This document shows, piece by piece, positions 58,665 through 64,000 of a stretch of DNA of 64,000 nt. Origin of the DNA: an uncultured Planctomycetales bacterium (lineage in GTDB: Bacteria; Omnitrophota; Gorgyraeia; Zapsychrales; JANLHA01); the NCBI GenBank assembly GCA_964474085.1, contig CAYYRJ010000006.1, forward strand, positions 29,514 to 93,513. The letters run 5' to 3'. How positions within the stretch are numbered: position 1 is the stretch's first letter; the number at the start of each line of letters is the position of its first letter. The position numbers and the translations under genes were made by a program. The notes below the pieces were generated by a model. It saw only the letters and a list, made by a program, of their open reading frames with translations. It did not search any database and was not told the origin of the DNA.

Positions 58665-58794
58665 ATGGATTCCCGCTTTCGCGGGAATGACAGAAATATG
58701 AGGGAATGACAAAAAAAACAGTGTCATCCCTGCGCAAGCAGGGATCCAAGGTTTAAATGAGCATCGTATAAAAAAACAGTGTCATCCCTGTAAA
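58665..58794 (+). repeat. MITE/REP-like repeat, copy 4 (hairpin A, hairpin B, and a degenerate second hairpin B; no terminal inverted repeats), inserted between atpF and atpH
   Basis: TGGATTCCCGCTTTCGCGGGAATGAC ... GTCATCCCTGCGCAAGCAGGGATCC ... GTCATCCCTGTAAAAGCATGGATCC. Confidence 0.85.
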
Positions 58795-58820
58795 AGCATG
58801 GATCCAAGGTTTAAACGCAT

Positions 58821-59381
58821 ATGAAATTCGGATTACAGACAACGATGTTTAAAAAGATTGGCCGACGCTGGGCTCAATCTTTATTTAACCGCGCCATCGA
58901 GACTAATACCCTTGAAGCGGTGCAGTTAGACTTGCTTTTGATCTCCCAGATGCTTGAGAGCTCACCGGAGTTTCGTGATTTTGTCAGCGCCCCGCATTTG
59001 CAAATGTTTCCGAATGAAAAAATCATTAATGAACTGTTCTCGACGAGAGTGTCAGCGTTAACGCTTAAGTTTTTAATTTTGCTCTGTCAAAAAAATCGGC
59101 TTAATCTGCTTAAAGAAATTATTCTTTCATTTCAGGTTTTGTATCACCAGCATTACGGAATTACAAAAGTTACGATCACATCCGCCGTCGCATTGGACCC
59201 CTCGCAGGTCGACGCTATTTGCAAAAAGTTAAAAAGCCGATGGAACCGCGGCATTTTTGCTGAAACGCTTGTTGATCCTGATTTGATCGGTGGATTTCAA
59301 ATTCGTTCCGGAGACAAAATTCTCGATTTTAGTTTAAAAAGCCAATTGGTAAAATATCGTCACGCTGTGCTCAATGCTTAA
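58821..59381 (+). CDS. atpH: ATP synthase F1 subunit delta (OSCP)
   Basis: About 186 aa, helical N-terminal domain, at the operon position between b and alpha. Confidence 0.75.
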   Translation: MKFGLQTTMFKKIGRRWAQSLFNRAIETNTLEAVQLDLLLISQMLESSPEFRDFVSAPHLQMFPNEKIINELFSTRVSALTLKFLILLCQKNRLNLLKEIILSFQVLYHQHYGITKVTITSAVALDPSQVDAICKKLKSRWNRGIFAETLVDPDLIGGFQIRSGDKILDFSLKSQLVKYRHAVLNA

Positions 59382-59392
59382 AGGGAGTTTTT

Positions 59393-60913
59393 ATGACAAA
59401 AGCTTTACAACCAGAAGAAATTTCTGCAATTCTCCAAAAACAACTGGCCGAATTTCAGTCGGCTGTTTCAACCTATGAAACCGGCCGCGTCATCAGCGTC
59501 GGCGATGGTATTGCGCGCGTGTTTGGTTTGCGCAGTGTTATGGCCGGGGAGCTTGTCGAATTTAGTAACGGCATCGTCGGCATGGCATTAAATCTCGAGG
59601 AGGACAATGTCGGGGTTGCGATTTTTGGCGAAGATAAAAATATCAAGGAAGGCCAGGAAGTTCGACGCACCCAAAAGGTCGTTTCTGTTCCCGTCGGGCA
59701 GGAATTGGTTGGCCGCATTGTCGATGCTTTGGGCAATGCCATCGACGGCAACGCTCCGATCCGGGGGACCGCGTTTCGCCCGATCGAAGTTAAAGCGCCG
59801 GGGATTATCGAACGCCAAAACGTCCATGAACCGCTAGAGACAGGAATCAAGGTCATCGATGCCTTGACTCCCATCGGACGCGGACAGCGCGAGCTTATTA
59901 TTGGCGACCGCAAAACCGGGAAAACGACGCTGGCTATTGATACGATTATCAATCAGCGCGGCAAAGGCGTTTATTGTTTTTATGTGGCCATCGGCCAAAA
60001 ACGCTCGACGGTAGCGCAAATTTATGAAACACTGCGTAAATTTGGGGCCATGGAATACACAACCATTGTTTCAGCAACCGCTTCAGATCCGGCGCCGATG
60101 CAGTTTATTGCGCCGTACTGCGGGACGGCCATGGCCGAGTATTATCGGGACAGCGGCAAGCATGCGCTGATTATTTATGATGATTTGACCAAACAAGCGC
60201 AGGCCTACCGCCAGCTTTCTTTGTTGTTGCGCCGCCCGCCGGGACGCGAAGCTTTTCCGGGCGATATTTTTTATTTGCACAGCCGTCTTTTGGAACGCGC
60301 TGCAAAATTAAGTGACACACTTGGAGCGGGAAGTTTGACAGCTTTACCGATTATCGAAACGCAAGCCGGCGACGTCACCGCCTACATTCCTACAAACGTC
60401 ATTTCGATTACCGACGGACAAATCTTTTTGGAAACCGACCTTTTTTATGCTGGTCAGCGGCCTGCGATTAATCCGGGCATTTCGGTTTCGCGCGTTGGCG
60501 GCGATGCCCAAATCAAGGCGATGAAACAAACAGCCGGGACGCTGCGTTTGGATTTGGCCCAATATCGCGAAATGGCGGCGTTTTCACAGTTTGCGTCGGA
60601 CCTTGATGCGGCCTCGCGCAAACAACTTGATCGCGGCGAGCGGCTGATGCAAGTCATCAAGCAGGGTGCGCACGAAACGCTGCCTATGGTTAAACAGATT
60701 GTGCTTATTTATGCAGGGGTCAATGGCTTTCTCGATGACATCCCAACAAAACGCGTGCGGGCTTTTGAAGCTGAACTTTTTGACGCCATTGACAGCACCT
60801 ATGCGGAGTTTGTGACAAAATTTAATAAAACGTTAGCGATTAACGACGAGATCCGAGTCCAAATGCATGAAATAATCACTACCGTCAAAAACCGCTTCTT
60901 ACAAAAATATTAA
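59393..60913 (+). CDS. atpA: ATP synthase F1 subunit alpha
   Basis: P-loop GDRKTGKT and full-length conservation. Confidence 0.95.
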   Translation: MTKALQPEEISAILQKQLAEFQSAVSTYETGRVISVGDGIARVFGLRSVMAGELVEFSNGIVGMALNLEEDNVGVAIFGEDKNIKEGQEVRRTQKVVSVPVGQELVGRIVDALGNAIDGNAPIRGTAFRPIEVKAPGIIERQNVHEPLETGIKVIDALTPIGRGQRELIIGDRKTGKTTLAIDTIINQRGKGVYCFYVAIGQKRSTVAQIYETLRKFGAMEYTTIVSATASDPAPMQFIAPYCGTAMAEYYRDSGKHALIIYDDLTKQAQAYRQLSLLLRRPPGREAFPGDIFYLHSRLLERAAKLSDTLGAGSLTALPIIETQAGDVTAYIPTNVISITDGQIFLETDLFYAGQRPAINPGISVSRVGGDAQIKAMKQTAGTLRLDLAQYREMAAFSQFASDLDAASRKQLDRGERLMQVIKQGAHETLPMVKQIVLIYAGVNGFLDDIPTKRVRAFEAELFDAIDSTYAEFVTKFNKTLAINDEIRVQMHEIITTVKNRFLQKY

Positions 60914-60915
60914 TT

Positions 60916-61788
60916 ATGCCGTCGATTAAAGAATACAACGTTAAACTCGGACGACTTAAAAATACGCGCAAAATGACGCGGACGATGAAGCTTGTTTCGA
61001 TGAGCAAGCTCATCAAGGCGCAGGAAGCGCAACGCCGGTCCAAGGTCTATGCCAATCGTTTGACCGATTTGATCAGCCGACTGGCCGCAACGCGCGATGT
61101 CAAAAGTCAGCCGCTTTTAAATTCACAGAATAACAAAAATGGGGCTTTGATTCTGCTTGTGACCTCTGATCGGGGACTTTGCGGCGGGTTTAATAACAGC
61201 TTGATCCGCAGCGTCAATGAATGGATTTCCCAAAACGGCGCTTCCTACGAAAAAATTGAATTTAGTTTTTGCGGCCGTCGGGGACATACGCATTTTAAAT
61301 CCAAATATCCACACAAGCTTTATTATCCGCACGTGACGACAAAACCCGACTTTAGCGATGCCAAAAAAATCGGCGCTGACTTAAGCGGATATTTCCTCAA
61401 AGGGGAGTACCGTGATATTTTTATCGCGTACAACAGATTTATCACGCCATTGTCACAGAAACCGACGATCGAAAAACTCTTGCCAATCGAATCAAAGCCC
61501 TTGCTGACCGGACAAAGTTCTTTGCCGTCGGATTACATTTATGAGCCGGCGCTTGAGGAGCTGATTTCCTTTTTAATTCCAAAATATTTATATTTTTCGA
61601 TTTATTATGCTTTGCTCGAAAACTCCGCCGGTGAACATGCTTCGCGCATGACCGCGATGGAAAGTGCAACAAAAAATACCGAAGATTTGATTAGCAGTTT
61701 AACAATGATTCGCAACCGCGCCCGGCAAGCGGACATCACCGCTGAGCTTATCGAAATTGTTTCAGGCGCGGAGGCCTTAAACCAATAA
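60916..61788 (+). CDS. atpG: ATP synthase F1 subunit gamma
   Basis: Conserved N- and C-terminal helices (MPSIKEYNVKLGRLKNTRKMTRTMKLVS ... ITAELIEIVSGAEAL). Confidence 0.9.
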   Translation: MPSIKEYNVKLGRLKNTRKMTRTMKLVSMSKLIKAQEAQRRSKVYANRLTDLISRLAATRDVKSQPLLNSQNNKNGALILLVTSDRGLCGGFNNSLIRSVNEWISQNGASYEKIEFSFCGRRGHTHFKSKYPHKLYYPHVTTKPDFSDAKKIGADLSGYFLKGEYRDIFIAYNRFITPLSQKPTIEKLLPIESKPLLTGQSSLPSDYIYEPALEELISFLIPKYLYFSIYYALLENSAGEHASRMTAMESATKNTEDLISSLTMIRNRARQADITAELIEIVSGAEALNQ

Positions 61789-63224
<1,436 letters not shown>

Positions 63225-63225
<1 letters not shown>

Positions 63226-63542
63226 TGGCCACGGAATTTAATTGCAGTTTAAGCACTCCGCAAGGCAGTCTTTTTGAAGGCTCTGCCACGACGGTAATTG
63301 CGCCTGGTCTTTTAGGCCAATTTGCTGTTTTGGCTCGCCACGAACACATGATTGCCGTCTTAAAGCCGGGAGTTTTGCTTATTCGTCTGAATGAAAAAGA
63401 GCTTTATTTTGCCATTGATTCAGGATGTCTTGAAGTTGACATGCATCACAATGTCGTTATTCTCGCTGACAAAGCTTTGGAAGCCAAAGATGCGAATGAC
63501 GCAGGTCAGAAAATTCTGGCTTTGGCTGCCCCTGCCGCATGA
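63225..63542 (+). CDS. atpC: ATP synthase F1 subunit epsilon (short, 105 aa)
   Basis: Beta-sandwich N-terminal domain pattern; translationally coupled to atpD (TAATGG). Confidence 0.75.
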
Positions 63543-63949
63543 AAACAATCACTTGGGAATGTCCGTCCTGCAAAAAGTCCGCACGCCTGCAAGCTAAAGC
63601 CGGCGCTTTAGTTTGTCCGCATTGCTCTGAAAATTGCGGGCGCGTTGATATGCCTAATGATTTTCCAAGTCTTTGCCCCCGATGCAGTTGCAATGATTTT
63701 TATCTCGTTCAAAAATTCAATCAAGGCTTTGGCTGTTTGCTTGTCATTATCGGCATTCTTTTGGTGCGAAAGACTTACGGCTTGAGTTTACCTCTTGCTG
63801 CTTTAATCAATTGGATTTTGATCGTCCAAACGCCTGCTTTTGCCCTCTGCTACCGGTGTGGCGCAAAATTTGAAGGTTTCGAAATTCCTAAAACGATTAA
63901 GCCTTTTAGTCCAACCATTGGGACTAAATATGATAGAAAGCGCAAGTAG
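63539..63949 (+). CDS. Hypothetical zinc-ribbon membrane protein
   Basis: Four CxxC pairs (CPSC, CPHC, CPRC, CYRC) flanking one TM helix. Confidence 0.4.
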   Translation: MKTITWECPSCKKSARLQAKAGALVCPHCSENCGRVDMPNDFPSLCPRCSCNDFYLVQKFNQGFGCLLVIIGILLVRKTYGLSLPLAALINWILIVQTPAFALCYRCGAKFEGFEIPKTIKPFSPTIGTKYDRKRK

Positions 63950-63960
63950 TGCCAAATAAT

Positions 63961-64000
63961 ATTCCTTCTCCCGATCAGGCTGGGTCAGATGAAGGGCCAA
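63961..64000 (+). repeat. Start of MITE/REP-like repeat copy 5 (TTCCTTCTCCC...CAGGCTGGGTCAGATGAAGGGGCAA), truncated by the window edge
   Basis: Matches the head of copies 1 and 3. Confidence 0.7.

Overview
This window is a dense, mostly plus-strand stretch of a roughly 45% GC bacterial chromosome, probably from a diderm lineage I cannot place from sequence alone. Most of it is housekeeping.

Recognisable content, in order:
- a 5'-truncated DegP-like protease;
- an HAD hydrolase, NAD kinase, CbiX-type chelatase and MutY;
- an APS-type sulfate assimilation operon (cysH, cysD, fused cysNC, then surE);
- a multistep phosphorelay cluster: an HD-GYP response regulator, a hybrid histidine kinase, two receiver proteins, two Hpt proteins and a CheX-like protein;
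- citrate synthase, leucyl aminopeptidase, fumarase and a PilZ protein;
- pntAB on the minus strand, a divergent FprA-type reductase and a siroheme sulfite/nitrite reductase;
- a radical SAM enzyme, xth, a Sir2 deacetylase and a PQQ-type sugar dehydrogenase;
- a type-B succinate dehydrogenase/fumarate reductase (sdhCAB);
- hemN, hemE and hemY followed by System II cytochrome c biogenesis genes (ccsB, ccsA);
- mscL, moeA and mobA, then a complete F1Fo ATP synthase operon.

The less ordinary parts are these:
1. A five-gene cluster of signal-peptide proteins at 1.4-7.7 kb resembles a pilus or surface-appendage assembly locus, with pilin-like, PapD-chaperone-like and large outer-membrane usher-like members.
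2. Immediately next to it, a minus-strand leader carries an intrinsic terminator and blocks of sequence resembling a c-di-GMP-I riboswitch.
3. A MITE/REP-like repeat family has five copies in the window. It has terminal inverted repeats and conserved GNRA and TTTC hairpins, and one copy sits inside the atp operon.
4. A second palindromic repeat brackets a secreted SBBP beta-propeller protein that carries an FGE-sulfatase-like C-terminal domain.
5. A small AT-rich island lies between the molybdenum cofactor genes and the atp operon. It encodes a YhcG-N-domain fused to a staphylococcal-nuclease-like domain, and an unknown 240-aa domain fused in frame to a MoaD-like C-terminus ending in GG.
6. 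The CysN-fused APS-kinase domain appears degenerate.

No rRNA, tRNA or CRISPR array was found.
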